A stretch of DNA of 64,000 bases from an uncultured Acidobacteriota bacterium (GCA_963809485.1 CAWEJX010000008.1:256001-320000), one strand, 5' to 3'. Counted from the stretch's first letter, positions 39,697 to 49,570 are shown. Made by a program: numbers and translations. Notes: generated from the letters alone by a model not told the origin.

Positions 39697-41178
39697 CTAA
39701 CCGAGCTTGCCTTGCCAGGGGCTGGCCGGTGTTCCGACCAGGTCGATCCAAACGTTCTTCATCATGCTGTATTCATCGAGGACCATGATGGAATTTTCCT
39801 TGCTGTGCCCCGACTCTTTGCATCCGCCCCAGGGGCATTCAAAAACAATGGACAGGTGCTGGTTCAGCCACACGGTGCCCACTTTGAGCTGCTTGGTCAT
39901 GACCAGGCCCAGCCGTATATCCTTGGTCCAGATCGATGCGCACAAACCGAAACGGGAGTCGTTGGCGATAGCCACAGCCTCTTCAGGAGTCCTGAATTTT
40001 GCCAGGGCAACCACCGGGCCGAAGACTTCCTCCTGCATGATCTCCGATTTGGGATCGCAGTCGCCAAAAATCGTGGGGGGAACGAAATATCCATCTTTCG
40101 TTTCCGGCGTATTGGGACGTTCACCGCCCAGCAGCAGTTTTGCGCCGGATCTCCTGGCACGCTCAACGAAGCGCTCGATGTTGTCCCTGTGGCCTTTGTA
40201 AGCGACAGGCCCGATCATAGTCTCAGGATTCAGAGGATCCCCCACACGCAGCAGCTTCGCGGCAGCAACAAATTTTTCGGCGAATTCGTCGTACACCGAC
40301 TCGTGAACAAGGTACCGGCTCGAGGCGCCGCAGTTCTGGCCGGAATTAAAGAAACCGCCCCAGATGGCCCCTTCGACGGTGGCCTTCATATCCGCGTCGG
40401 GAAGCACGATGAATGGATTTTTGCCCCCCAGCTCGCAAGCGACCGGTTTCACTGCAGCGCTGGCCAGAGCCAGGATCCGTTTCCCGGTTTCCGAATCGCC
40501 GGTAAAATTGATTTTGGCAATATAGGGGTGTTTGACCATGGCTTCTCCAACGGTAGATCCGGGACCAGACACGATATTAAGCACGCCCGGCGGGAATCCG
40601 GCCTTGGCGGCAAGCTCGCCAAGCTTCAGAACCGTAAGGGGAGCGCAGGAAGCAGGCTTCACCACGGCGGTGTTCCCCATCATCAACGCCGGGGTAATTT
40701 TGGATATTGCCGTAACAAGAGGGAAATTCCATGGCGTGATCAAACCCACAACCCCCAAAGGCTGGCGGATAGTAAAGGACATCGCCTGCGGGCCGACGGG
40801 CAGCGTTTTACCTGTTACCGCCCTTGCGACGCCGGCCATGAATTCGAAATGCTGCGCATCAAAGGTCATATCGAAATTGGTTGTTTTGAAAATTGGCCCG
40901 CCGTATTGCATGGTTTCCAATTTGGCCCACTCGTCCCGTTGAGCCCGGAGCAGCTCTGCCATCTTGAAGAAAATGGCAGCCTTATCGGTCGGGGATGTTT
41001 CCGCCCAGGCAGGCGCAGCCTTCCAGGCCGCCTCAGCCGCCCGGTCGACCTCTACCGAACTGCATTTGGGAGCGAGGCCTACGACCTTGCCATTTGCAGG
41101 ATTGATCACTTCCATCGTTTCCTTGGTAGATGCTTCGCAAAGCTCCCCATTGATTAACACCCGGTAATCTGAATTCAT
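39697..41178 (-). CDS. aldehyde dehydrogenase
   Basis: ITPWNFP, VKPAS, FTGDSETG, ELGGKNP, GQNC, EEVFGPV. Confidence 0.95.
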   Translation of the reverse strand: MNSDYRVLINGELCEASTKETMEVINPANGKVVGLAPKCSSVEVDRAAEAAWKAAPAWAETSPTDKAAIFFKMAELLRAQRDEWAKLETMQYGGPIFKTTNFDMTFDAQHFEFMAGVARAVTGKTLPVGPQAMSFTIRQPLGVVGLITPWNFPLVTAISKITPALMMGNTAVVKPASCAPLTVLKLGELAAKAGFPPGVLNIVSGPGSTVGEAMVKHPYIAKINFTGDSETGKRILALASAAVKPVACELGGKNPFIVLPDADMKATVEGAIWGGFFNSGQNCGASSRYLVHESVYDEFAEKFVAAAKLLRVGDPLNPETMIGPVAYKGHRDNIERFVERARRSGAKLLLGGERPNTPETKDGYFVPPTIFGDCDPKSEIMQEEVFGPVVALAKFRTPEEAVAIANDSRFGLCASIWTKDIRLGLVMTKQLKVGTVWLNQHLSIVFECPWGGCKESGHSKENSIMVLDEYSMMKNVWIDLVGTPASPWQGKLG

Positions 41179-41195
41179 GACCGCCCCCATATCTT

Positions 41196-41724
41196 GAGTT
41201 TCCAGTTCCCAGTTTCAAGTTCCCAGTTACCTGCCGGTTCATTTTAGACTGGACACTGGTAATCTACGGTTTTTGTTTATATGTCAGAAGATATTTTATA
41301 AAACCCCGAATTGCTGCGCGGGTTTCGCCCGCATGATTGTAGACATCCTGAAAGTCGGCTTTCGAAATGTATTTCTGATCCAAGGCCACGTAAAGCTCGC
41401 TCTGTACCTCAGAGCATGAGCGTTTGGCATATCGAAGGAAGCGAAGGAATTCAGCATTAGTCTCCGAATCGAATCCTTCCGCAATATTATGCATAGCCGA
41501 ACCAGCAGCGCTTTGAATCTGTCTTCTTAAGGCCAAAATCCCGGGCAAACTTGTCCTTATTTGTTAGGCCATAGATTTTACTGGTTAGCTCTCGAGCCAG
41601 CTGCCATGCCTTGATTTCCTCAAAACGCTGAATTTTCATGTTAGATACAGTTACTGGTTCGAAGTAGCCGGCTTCCATCAGAGCTATACCAAACTGGAAA
41701 CTGGAAACTGGGAACTCGGAACTC
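41196..41724. repeat. heptamer inverted-repeat element I enclosing the four-helix-bundle gene
   Basis: Arms 41196-41228 (gagtttc cagttcc cagtttc aagttcc cagtt) and 41692-41724 (aactgga aactgga aactggg aactcgg aactc). Confidence 0.9.
41264..41639 (-). CDS. four helix bundle protein (23S rRNA IVP / Avd-like family), one-base frameshift near 41530
   Basis: MKIQRFEEIKAWQLAREL...FARDFGL + RRQIQSAAGSAMHNIAEGF...EFLRFLRYAKRSCSEVQSELYVALDQKYI. Span is 376 nt, one base too long. Confidence 0.9.
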
Positions 41725-41726
41725 GT

Positions 41727-42488
41727 TTAATCGGCGACGATGCCTCCATCCACGGGCAGCGCGGCGCCCGTAATGTAAGAGGCTTCATCCGAGCACAGGA
41801 ACATGGCTGCGGCGGCTACCTCTTCAGGTTCGCCTATCCTTCCCATGGGAACTTTCTGGTCCATTGCCTTGACCATTTCCGGATTCGCGGCTACCAGGCT
41901 TTCATTCATGCCCGTCCGGATGGGGCCCGGGCAGACACAGTTAACCCGAATGCCTTTTCGCGCAAACTCCAGCGCGGTCGATTTCGTGATTCCCACAACT
42001 CCGTGCTTGCTGGCCGGATAGGCCGGATTGCTCGGCGCTCCAACCAGTCCCGCGGCCGAAGACGTGTTCACAATGGCGCCTTTCCCTAGCTTGAGCATTT
42101 GCGGGATCTCATATTTCATGCACAGCCATACGCTCTTGAGATTCACATTGATCATCTCTTCCCAGTCCGCGGCTGTGAAATCGGCCATGGAAGCAAATAC
42201 CTTATGAATCCCGGCATTGTTGAAAGCGCAGTCAAGCTTCCCGTAAGTTTCGACCGTTTTCTCTACTAAAGCTTTAACATCTGCCTCCGAAGATACGTCC
42301 GTTTTTACAAAAAATGCGTCGCCACCGGCATCCTTGATCCGGCGTAGAGTTTCTTCTCCCCGCTTGACATCGACGTCGGCGATTGCCACCTTTGCTCCTC
42401 TTTGAGCAAAGCCTATTGCGGCCGCTCTGCCGATGCCATAAGCCCCCCCAGTCACGATCACAACCTTGTTTCGATACTCGTTTGGCAT
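41727..42488 (-). CDS. SDR family oxidoreductase
   Basis: TGGAYGIG, LDCAFNNAG, YPASKHG, LPVDGG. Start MPNEY after GGAG. Confidence 0.93.
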   Translation of the reverse strand: MPNEYRNKVVIVTGGAYGIGRAAAIGFAQRGAKVAIADVDVKRGEETLRRIKDAGGDAFFVKTDVSSEADVKALVEKTVETYGKLDCAFNNAGIHKVFASMADFTAADWEEMINVNLKSVWLCMKYEIPQMLKLGKGAIVNTSSAAGLVGAPSNPAYPASKHGVVGITKSTALEFARKGIRVNCVCPGPIRTGMNESLVAANPEMVKAMDQKVPMGRIGEPEEVAAAAMFLCSDEASYITGAALPVDGGIVAD

Positions 42489-42515
42489 TTCTCTATCTCC
42501 TCTTTTCGGGGTCTC

Positions 42516-42588
42516 TATTTCCGGTTCCCGCTCCTCGCCGGCAATCTTGGTTGTCCTCAATGGAAAAGCGGAAACGGGAAACCTGGAA
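42516..42588. repeat. degenerate heptamer inverted-repeat element J
   Basis: tatttccggttcccgctcc / ggaaaagcggaaacgggaaacctggaa. Confidence 0.55.
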
Positions 42589-42639
42589 TGTCTATTCTTA
42601 GGGATGTCTTCAGCATTAGTCAACAACCGAAGAGCCCGT

Positions 42640-43947
42640 CTAATACTTCCCGGGTAGATAAGTTGCCATCTCCGGGAAAACAAAGAGCAGGATGAGGCAG
42701 AGGACAAGCGTAATCAGGAACGGCAGGACTCCTTTGTATATTCGGCCGATGGATTCCTGCGTGATGTTTTTTACAACAAAAGCCGCTACGGCCACAGGAG
42801 GCGTGATCACCCCGATCATCATCGTCACCCCAAGGACGATGGAAAACCAGATGGGGTCATATCCGAGCTTGACGGCCACAGGGAAAAAAATAGGCGTTGC
42901 TAAAATCATGAATGCGATGTCGTCGACGAAGGATCCGCCCAAAAGATAGATGAGAAGGATGACCACAAGGACCAGATGGGAGGGCAGAGGCAGGCTGAGC
43001 GTCCAGGAAGCCACGACGCCCGGTATTTTGGAAATGACGATGAAGTGGCCGAGCACCGCAGATCCCCCGATCAGCATAAGAACCATGCAACCCATGCGCA
43101 GCGATTCGCGTACGGATTTTGCGAACCCCCGGCAATCCAGGTCCCGCTTTAAAAGGGCAAGCAGGAGAACGGCAATAGCGCCGACGCTGCCCGCTTCCGT
43201 TGGCGTAAAATAGCCCGCCAGCATGCCTCCCACCGTAACGACAAAAATCAGCAGCGGTCCGAAAATTTGAGGCACCGACCGGGCGCGTTCTCTCCATCCC
43301 GCAGCCTCTGCCCTGGGGGCCAACGAGGGATTCATACGGCACCACAGGGCGATCGTCACAAGGAATAATGCGGCGATCAACAGACCGGGGACGATGCCCG
43401 CAAGAAACAATTTCCCGATCGATTGATCCGTGATCATGGCAAGGATTATGAGAGTTCCGCTCGGAGGCAGGAGGAAGCCCAGAGTCCCCACACTTGCGAC
43501 TACACCGGTGGATAATTTCCTGCTGTAGCCGTATTTGTCCATCTCGGGAATGGCAACGCTGGAAAAGGTCGCTGTGGTTGCCAGCGAAGATCCTGAAATA
43601 GCCTTGAAAATTGTCGCGCCGACGACCGTCGCCATGGCCAGCCCTCCGGGCACATGGCCCACGAATTTCCGGGATGTCCCGTACATCTTTTCCGCAATCC
43701 CGGAATTGAAGGCCACCTGACCCATAAGGACAAAGAGCGGGATCACCACAAAAGCATAGGAGGCAAAGGCATCATAAAAGTCTTTAGCCAAAAGGTCGAC
43801 GGCGGCAGGAAAGGACCTCAGGATGCCGAATCCGACGAACCCGACAAAAGTCATGGCGAAAGCCAGTTCAATCCCCGTCAGGAAGAGCGCCAGCAGCAGG
43901 CCGAGACCGATACATCCAATCAGCACCTCGTTCATAGCAGGATTCAC
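42640..43947 (-). CDS. dctM: TRAP transporter large permease
   Basis: IPLFVLMG, GSSLAT, GTLGFLLPPS, FTPTEAG, ITPPV; highly hydrophobic. Confidence 0.92.
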   Translation of the reverse strand: MNPAMNEVLIGCIGLGLLLALFLTGIELAFAMTFVGFVGFGILRSFPAAVDLLAKDFYDAFASYAFVVIPLFVLMGQVAFNSGIAEKMYGTSRKFVGHVPGGLAMATVVGATIFKAISGSSLATTATFSSVAIPEMDKYGYSRKLSTGVVASVGTLGFLLPPSGTLIILAMITDQSIGKLFLAGIVPGLLIAALFLVTIALWCRMNPSLAPRAEAAGWRERARSVPQIFGPLLIFVVTVGGMLAGYFTPTEAGSVGAIAVLLLALLKRDLDCRGFAKSVRESLRMGCMVLMLIGGSAVLGHFIVISKIPGVVASWTLSLPLPSHLVLVVILLIYLLGGSFVDDIAFMILATPIFFPVAVKLGYDPIWFSIVLGVTMMIGVITPPVAVAAFVVKNITQESIGRIYKGVLPFLITLVLCLILLFVFPEMATYLPGKY

Positions 43948-44432
43948 CGTTCGCGTTTTTGTATCGTTCCCAGCAATTCGGAAAACAGGACCAGGGTTTG
44001 TATCAGGAAGGCGCCGCCTACGGCATAGGCCACGTAGTAAAAAGGAAAAGCCAAGACAGCCGTTACCTCGCCCGAAATCTTCAGACGGACGCCCATTTGT
44101 ATCGTGCCATAGCCGGCAAGAAGAAATATCCCGATGCCCATGCCTCGAGTAATCACCGCAAGCAAAAGATTGGACTTTGCCGAGAGTTTTGCCGTTAAAA
44201 GATCCGTGCTGACGTGCCCTTTCGCCATGGAAGTTGCCGGAAGAGCCAAACCGATGATCAATCCACCCGCGAGGGAGACAATCTCATAGGTCCCCGGGAC
44301 CGGGTGGCCGAAAAGCCTCCCGACAATGTCCGCTCCTATCAGCAGCATCACACCGATGAGGGCTGCCCCCGCGACAAATTCCATCCATGCGCTCAAATGG
44401 CCGGAGGCCTGGCTGAAAGACAATCGCATCAT
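43944..44432 (-). CDS. dctQ: TRAP transporter small permease
   Basis: Four TM segments, DIVGR..GHPVPGTYEIV, GHVSTD. Confidence 0.88.
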   Translation of the reverse strand: MMRLSFSQASGHLSAWMEFVAGAALIGVMLLIGADIVGRLFGHPVPGTYEIVSLAGGLIIGLALPATSMAKGHVSTDLLTAKLSAKSNLLLAVITRGMGIGIFLLAGYGTIQMGVRLKISGEVTAVLAFPFYYVAYAVGGAFLIQTLVLFSELLGTIQKRER

Positions 44433-44534
44433 TCTCTCTCCCCGCGACTCGATCGCGGTTTTCTTAGCCTGAAGACATGTCAACCCGAAAGCCTGATTCC
44501 ACAGTCTATAGGATTCATAAATTGCCGATACAAA

Positions 44535-45554
44535 TCATCGCTGCATGTTTTGCTGCACCCAGTCTTTGCAGAACTGCAATGCCTCCATCGCCGGCAAACC
44601 TCTGGCGGATTTCTCCTGTACCAAAGCTTCGTAGAGAGGCAATACGGCCCTCTCCCATCTTTTCTCTTCTTCGCTGCTTAGATAAATGGAGACGTGATCT
44701 TTTGCCGACCACTTTCTTATGGTGTTCTGATCCTTCTCGTCCCAGATCCGGCTTAGCTTTTCCGCGTATTCATCGGACATTTGGTTGATTATGTCCTGCA
44801 TTTCGACGGGAAGGCTGTTCCACTTGGCTTTGTTCATAAAAACGAGACCGGGGGCGCCCACAGAGGCATAGCGACTCACGGTGGTGTAATGCAGGATTTC
44901 GCCCCATTTAAGGGTCTCCAGCGAATCCCAGGCCGCCACCACGCCATCCACGATCCCTTTACGCAACGCATCGTAGGTATCGCTGGTCGGGATAACGATC
45001 GAGACAGCGCCCAGAGCTTCCAGGACCTTCGCTGCGTTGCCCCCCAGGCACCGAATCTTCATGCCCGATAAATCTTCAAGTTTCCTCACCGGTCTCTGGG
45101 TATGGAGCAGGCCGGGACTGGCGCTCAGGAAAAAAAGCACTTTCACCTGCTCCAGTTCCATGGGCTTGAAAGCACGAAAAAAGCCGTTGGACAACCGCGT
45201 CATCATAAAGGAGCTTCCGATGCCCAGAGGCTGTTCCATGACTTCAGTCAGCGGGAAACGGCCGGGGGTCAAGCCCATAGGCCCAAATCCGATGTCCGCG
45301 ATGCCCGTAGTCACGGAATCGTAGATTTGGGTTGCAGGAGTGAGAATTCCTCCAGGGTAATAGGTAGCCTGGATGCTCCCTCCGCTCCTTCGGCCCAGAT
45401 CCCTGCACCATTCTTCCAGCACCTGGCTGAGTTTGTCGTGGGCAGGCAGGATGCCGGAAAATTCGAGTTTGGTTATAGGTTTCTCCGGCCGGCAGGCTTG
45501 TCCGGCAAGCAGCGCAACGCAACAAAGCACCCGCAGGATATGTCTCATGCTCAT
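44535..45554 (-). CDS. dctP: TRAP transporter substrate-binding protein
   Basis: YPGGIL, GIADIG, TPGRFPL, LEDLSGMKIR (conserved Arg), YDALRKGIVDG. Confidence 0.9.
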   Translation of the reverse strand: MSMRHILRVLCCVALLAGQACRPEKPITKLEFSGILPAHDKLSQVLEEWCRDLGRRSGGSIQATYYPGGILTPATQIYDSVTTGIADIGFGPMGLTPGRFPLTEVMEQPLGIGSSFMMTRLSNGFFRAFKPMELEQVKVLFFLSASPGLLHTQRPVRKLEDLSGMKIRCLGGNAAKVLEALGAVSIVIPTSDTYDALRKGIVDGVVAAWDSLETLKWGEILHYTTVSRYASVGAPGLVFMNKAKWNSLPVEMQDIINQMSDEYAEKLSRIWDEKDQNTIRKWSAKDHVSIYLSSEEEKRWERAVLPLYEALVQEKSARGLPAMEALQFCKDWVQQNMQR

Positions 45555-45801
45555 AGCATCAATAAGTCAGCCATCATCATCGATTTTGTCAAAATAAGTC
45601 GGCGCCACACAATCCTGCAGCGGTCGAACTCCGTGATCCGCCCAAAAAATTCAGATTTTTCAGGCAATCCTCCATCGGCGAACTATCCTGCCCAAAAGCC
45701 GGAACGATCTTTCCTATATTAAGCCGAAGCCGTTTTTTTTTAGAGAAAATATCAAAGCGCTCCCATTTCTGCCCATTGGATGACATGCTAAAATCATCGG
45801 C

Positions 45802-47430
45802 ATGTCGACACAAGAAACTGTAAAGCCGGTAGAAATCAGTCCGCTTCGGCCGAAGTACGCCGAAAAAACGCCACCCTGTGTCTCTCACTGCCCGAATGAA
45901 GCCGATATCCGGGGCTGGATCACCACGATAGCACAGGCTGAAGCTTACGGGAGAACTGACGAGCAAGCCCTCGAGCTGGCATGGCGAAAAATCACCGATC
46001 TCAATCCCTTCCCCGCTATTTGCGGCCGTGTCTGCCCGCACCCATGCGAGGCGCAATGCAACCGCAAGGACAAGGATGGCCCTGTAGCCATCAACGCATT
46101 GGAGCGGTTTGTCGGCGATTACGGCATCGCCCGGGGATTAGGGCTTGAACGGCTTTCAGAAGACAAACGCCAGGACAAGGTTGCGGTCATAGGATCAGGT
46201 CCGGCAGGCCTTTCCTGCGCCTATCAGCTGGCTCGCCGCGGATATCCGGTCACGATTTATGAGGCCTTCAGCCAACCCGGCGGCATGCTGCGCTACGGCA
46301 TTCCCCAATACCGGTTACCCAGGGAGATATTGGACGCGGAAATTCACCGGATCCTGGATCTCGGGGTCGAGCTGAAGTGCGGCGTGATCGTTGGAAAGGA
46401 TATCTCCCTTGCGCAGCTGCGGCAGGAGTGCAAGGCAATTTTCGTCGGCATCGGCGCGCACAAGGGGCAGAGGCTCGGCATACCGGGTGAAGATGCCGGT
46501 AACGTTTTAACCGGCGTTGAATTTCTCAATCAGGTCAATAGCGGCCATCCCATGAACCTGGGCAGTTGCGTCCTTGTCGTCGGCGGCGGGGATACTGCCA
46601 TCGACGCAGCTAGAATCTGCAGGCGCCTGGGCGCCGAAGTCACAATACTCTATCGCCGGACCCGAGTCCGAGATGCCCGCAATCGCAAGGGAAATCGACG
46701 CCGCTATGGAAGAAGGAGTGGCCATTGAATTCCTGGCTGCGCCGACGGAAGTGCTTCGTGAAAATGGCACGGCGGTTGGATTGAAGTGCATCCGTATGGA
46801 GCTTGGAGCGCCCGATGCTTCCGGACGCTCCCGGCCGATGCCGATAGCCGGATCCGAGTTCGAAATAAAAGCCTCAACGATTATTGTCGCCGTCAGCCAG
46901 GAACCTGAATTGACCGCTCTTGCCGATTTGCAGGAAAACATGGAACGGATCCGGACCGATGAATGGGGAGCCACCGGCATCGCGGGTATTTATGCCGGCG
47001 GCGATGACCTCGAATTAGCCCTTGGTGGCCACAGCCGTATACCAGGGCCGATTGGCTGCCCAGGCGATCGATTCCCATTTCGCGGGGATAGATCCTGACA
47101 AAACCGGAGACACATCCTCCGGCTACCAAGGTGATCGCGGACTGGCATATGGAAGCGGAACGTCATGAACGGCAGCGTCTTCCGGTCGAGCAGCGCGATA
47201 TGGACGCTGAAATCGAGCAGGGCATGTCTCAGGAAGAAGCCCTCGAGGAAGCAAAACGCTGCATGTCGTGCGGCATGTGCATGGATTGCGAAAGCTGCTG
47301 GATGTACTGCACCAACAACTGCTTTGTCAGGCTTCCGAAGGGGGAGCACTACAGCATCAAGATGGATCTGTGCAACGGCTGCAAAAAATGCGCCGATGGC
47401 TGCCCCACCGGCTATCTCGAACTCGTTTAG
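45802..47430 (+). CDS. DsrL-like / GltD-family NAD(P)H iron-sulfur flavoprotein (frameshifted near 46670 and 47020-47100)
   Basis: KTPPCVSHCP..DIRGW, NPFPAICGRVCPHPCEAQCNR, GSGPAG, GGGDTAID, YRRT, EAKRCMSCGMCMDCESCWMYC...CNGCKKCADGCPTGY. Confidence 0.8.
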
Positions 47431-47630
47431 TTTCCAGTTCCCAGTTTCCAGTTCCCAGTTGGAAAAAGGATTGGAAATCATCAAAGGCATCGGAATTTGG
47501 CCATGCAGCGCATGAGAGACATATAGGCAGAGTCACCCCCAACAGCTATTCGAGCTCTTCCACTTTTGTGTTTTCCAGTCTTGGGTGGATGGTTTTGAAC
47601 TGGGAACTGGGAACTGGAAACTTGAAACTC
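47428..47630. repeat. heptamer inverted-repeat element K between convergent genes
   Basis: Arms 47428-47460 and 47598-47630 (5 units each), 137-nt loop. Confidence 0.9.
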
Positions 47631-47631
47631 A

Positions 47632-49526
47632 TCAAGCTAGATCCTGAAGGTCCAACTCCTGTAGCCTCTCTTTGCGAAACTTGCCGGCCTCAAAGTCGAA
47701 GCCCATGGCTTCGAAGTATTGATGTTTTAGTCCTTCAAATTCGAGCGTAACACCCTTGGTCGGACCCGCAGTAAGCGGCGGGTTTCCACGTGCCCTTTCC
47801 GGCATGGTAGAAATCCCGAAGCTTGAATCCTTCTCTGAGATTGAAAAGATGAAGCATGGTGCCGATGCGCTGGCCCGTCTGTTTCAGATTTTCCACATTC
47901 AGGTCCCAGCCGGTGATCGCCCTCATCAGTTCTATCCACCGGAAATTCAGGCCGTCGGCGGCAAAAATGCAGACGCCCGAAGTATTCATCAGATGCTGCC
48001 AGCCCGACATAATCACCTGGTACTTTCCTTTACCTTCCGGATTGTACTTATCCATCTGGGTTGGGACTCCCAGCGGTTCATAGATATCCGGATTCGCCAT
48101 GCCGGTTTCCGGGAACTGGGTCCCTCCCCGGGTATGGATTGCAGGAGAGGCTTCCGAGATGTAGGTTGCGCCCCATCCGGCGGCCCGTCTCGGATCGTGC
48201 ATCGGAATCAGTTGCCCGCCGACATGAATGGCTAATTGTTCAGCCCCTTTGCCGAACTTTTCCGCGGCGATTTTGGCTCCTTCGCGCCAGAGATATCGCC
48301 AATCCCTTCGCGCCGGGCTATTTTGTGAATGAGCTCGATGATCGCGTCGGCATTCCCCCACTTCAGTTCCAAACCATCGGTATCCTTGTTGGTGAGAATG
48401 CCGTTCTCGTAGCAATCGATGGCAAAGGCAATCGTTCCTCCCACACCGATCGTGTCCATCCCATAAAGGTTGCACAATTCATTGGCATAGATCAGGGATT
48501 CCGTGTTGTCGTTCAGGAGATTGGGGCCAAAGGCCGCCAGCGATTCGTATTCGGGCTTATGCGCTCGCTTGACCGCATACTTGCCTTCGTCGACCTGCAT
48601 CCAGCCGCCGCAGGCAATCTGGCAATCCACGCAGGCATATCGGTCTACGGAGTATTTCTCCAGCGATTCCCATCCGACTTTTTCCCACTTCTCCCTCGGG
48701 AAAATCCTCAATATTGTTTCCCGCCCAATTCCTGATGGGAACATCGTGATCCATAAAATGCGGCATCATCGCGCTGGCGGTTCCGCCGTGGAACAGCACC
48801 GCCATCATGGGCCCGGGATTGTTCTGCATCTCACTCGTAATGCTGGTTACAAGGTCTCTTTACCTTGTCTTTGTCAAAAATCCCGGGCCGCTGGAAACCG
48901 AAACAGGCGACGGCCTTCAGATTCTTCGATCCCATGACCGCGCCCAGGCCCGATTTCGTGCGGCGGCTCTTCCCTTGTCATTGATTACGGCGGCAAGCGC
49001 ACGCACTTTTCCCCGGCATGCCCGATGCTGACGATTTTATAGTCTCTGCCCGGATTTTCTTCGCCAGGATCATCTCTTCCGTCCGGGTCGTATCCTTGCC
49101 CCACAGATGGCGCGCGTCTTTGATCTCCGCCTTCCCGTTGGTGACCAGCAGGTACACCGGATGCTCAGCCTTGCCTTCAAAAAAGATAAAATCGTAACCC
49201 GGACGCCCTGAGCGCGATCGCAAAATTTCCCCCGCTGTTGGCGTCTCCCCAGTAGCCGGTCAGCGGGGACTTTGCCCATGACGGTGTACCGGCAGGTGGA
49301 GACAGTTCCGGCGAGCGTCAGCGGCCCGGTGCCCAATGGCGAAAATGTTGTCCGGCCCCAGCGGATCGACTCCGGGCTTCATGCGCTCATACATAATCCT
49401 CGAACCGATGCCGTAGCCGCCGATGAATTTTTTCGCCAGATCCTCGGAAAGCTCCTCAGTGCGGGTTTTCCCATCACTCAAATTCACGAAGAGCATCCTG
49501 CCCACATACCCATATTTTGCTTTCAT
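47632..49526 (-). CDS. aldehyde:ferredoxin oxidoreductase family protein, broken by multiple frameshifts
   Basis: GYVGRMLFVNLS, CVDCQIACG, KPEYESLAAFG, CNLYGMDTIG, PMHDPR, FNLREG across fragments. Error or pseudogene is unresolved. Confidence 0.8.
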
Positions 49527-49544
49527 GAATATCTCCCTACAAAT

Positions 49545-49570
49545 CGGGGACAGTGCGTTGACTGTCCCCG
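49545..49570. repeat. CGGGGACAGT-N6-ACTGTCCCCG palindrome between the two AOR genes
   Basis: Perfect 10-bp stem, followed by a T run on the + strand. Confidence 0.6.

Noticed and set aside
41264-41639. Diversity-generating retroelement (Avd-like gene)
   Set aside because: No reverse transcriptase and no TR/VR pair with adenine-specific differences was seen in the window.
41264-41639. 23S rRNA intervening sequence, or a programmed frameshift
   Set aside because: No rRNA sequence flanks the gene. There is no clear slippery site, and similar single indels occur in many genes here.
28569-42588. Heptamer hairpins as ordinary intrinsic terminators
   Set aside because: Stems are ~33 bp with loops up to 463 nt, they generally lack a U-tract on the coding (minus) strand, and they lie inside an apparent operon, even between the mutase subunit genes.
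28569-47630. Heptamer arrays as CRISPR or simple microsatellites
   Set aside because: There is no repeat-spacer structure and no cas gene. The units are degenerate, near-fixed in number and paired as inverted arms.
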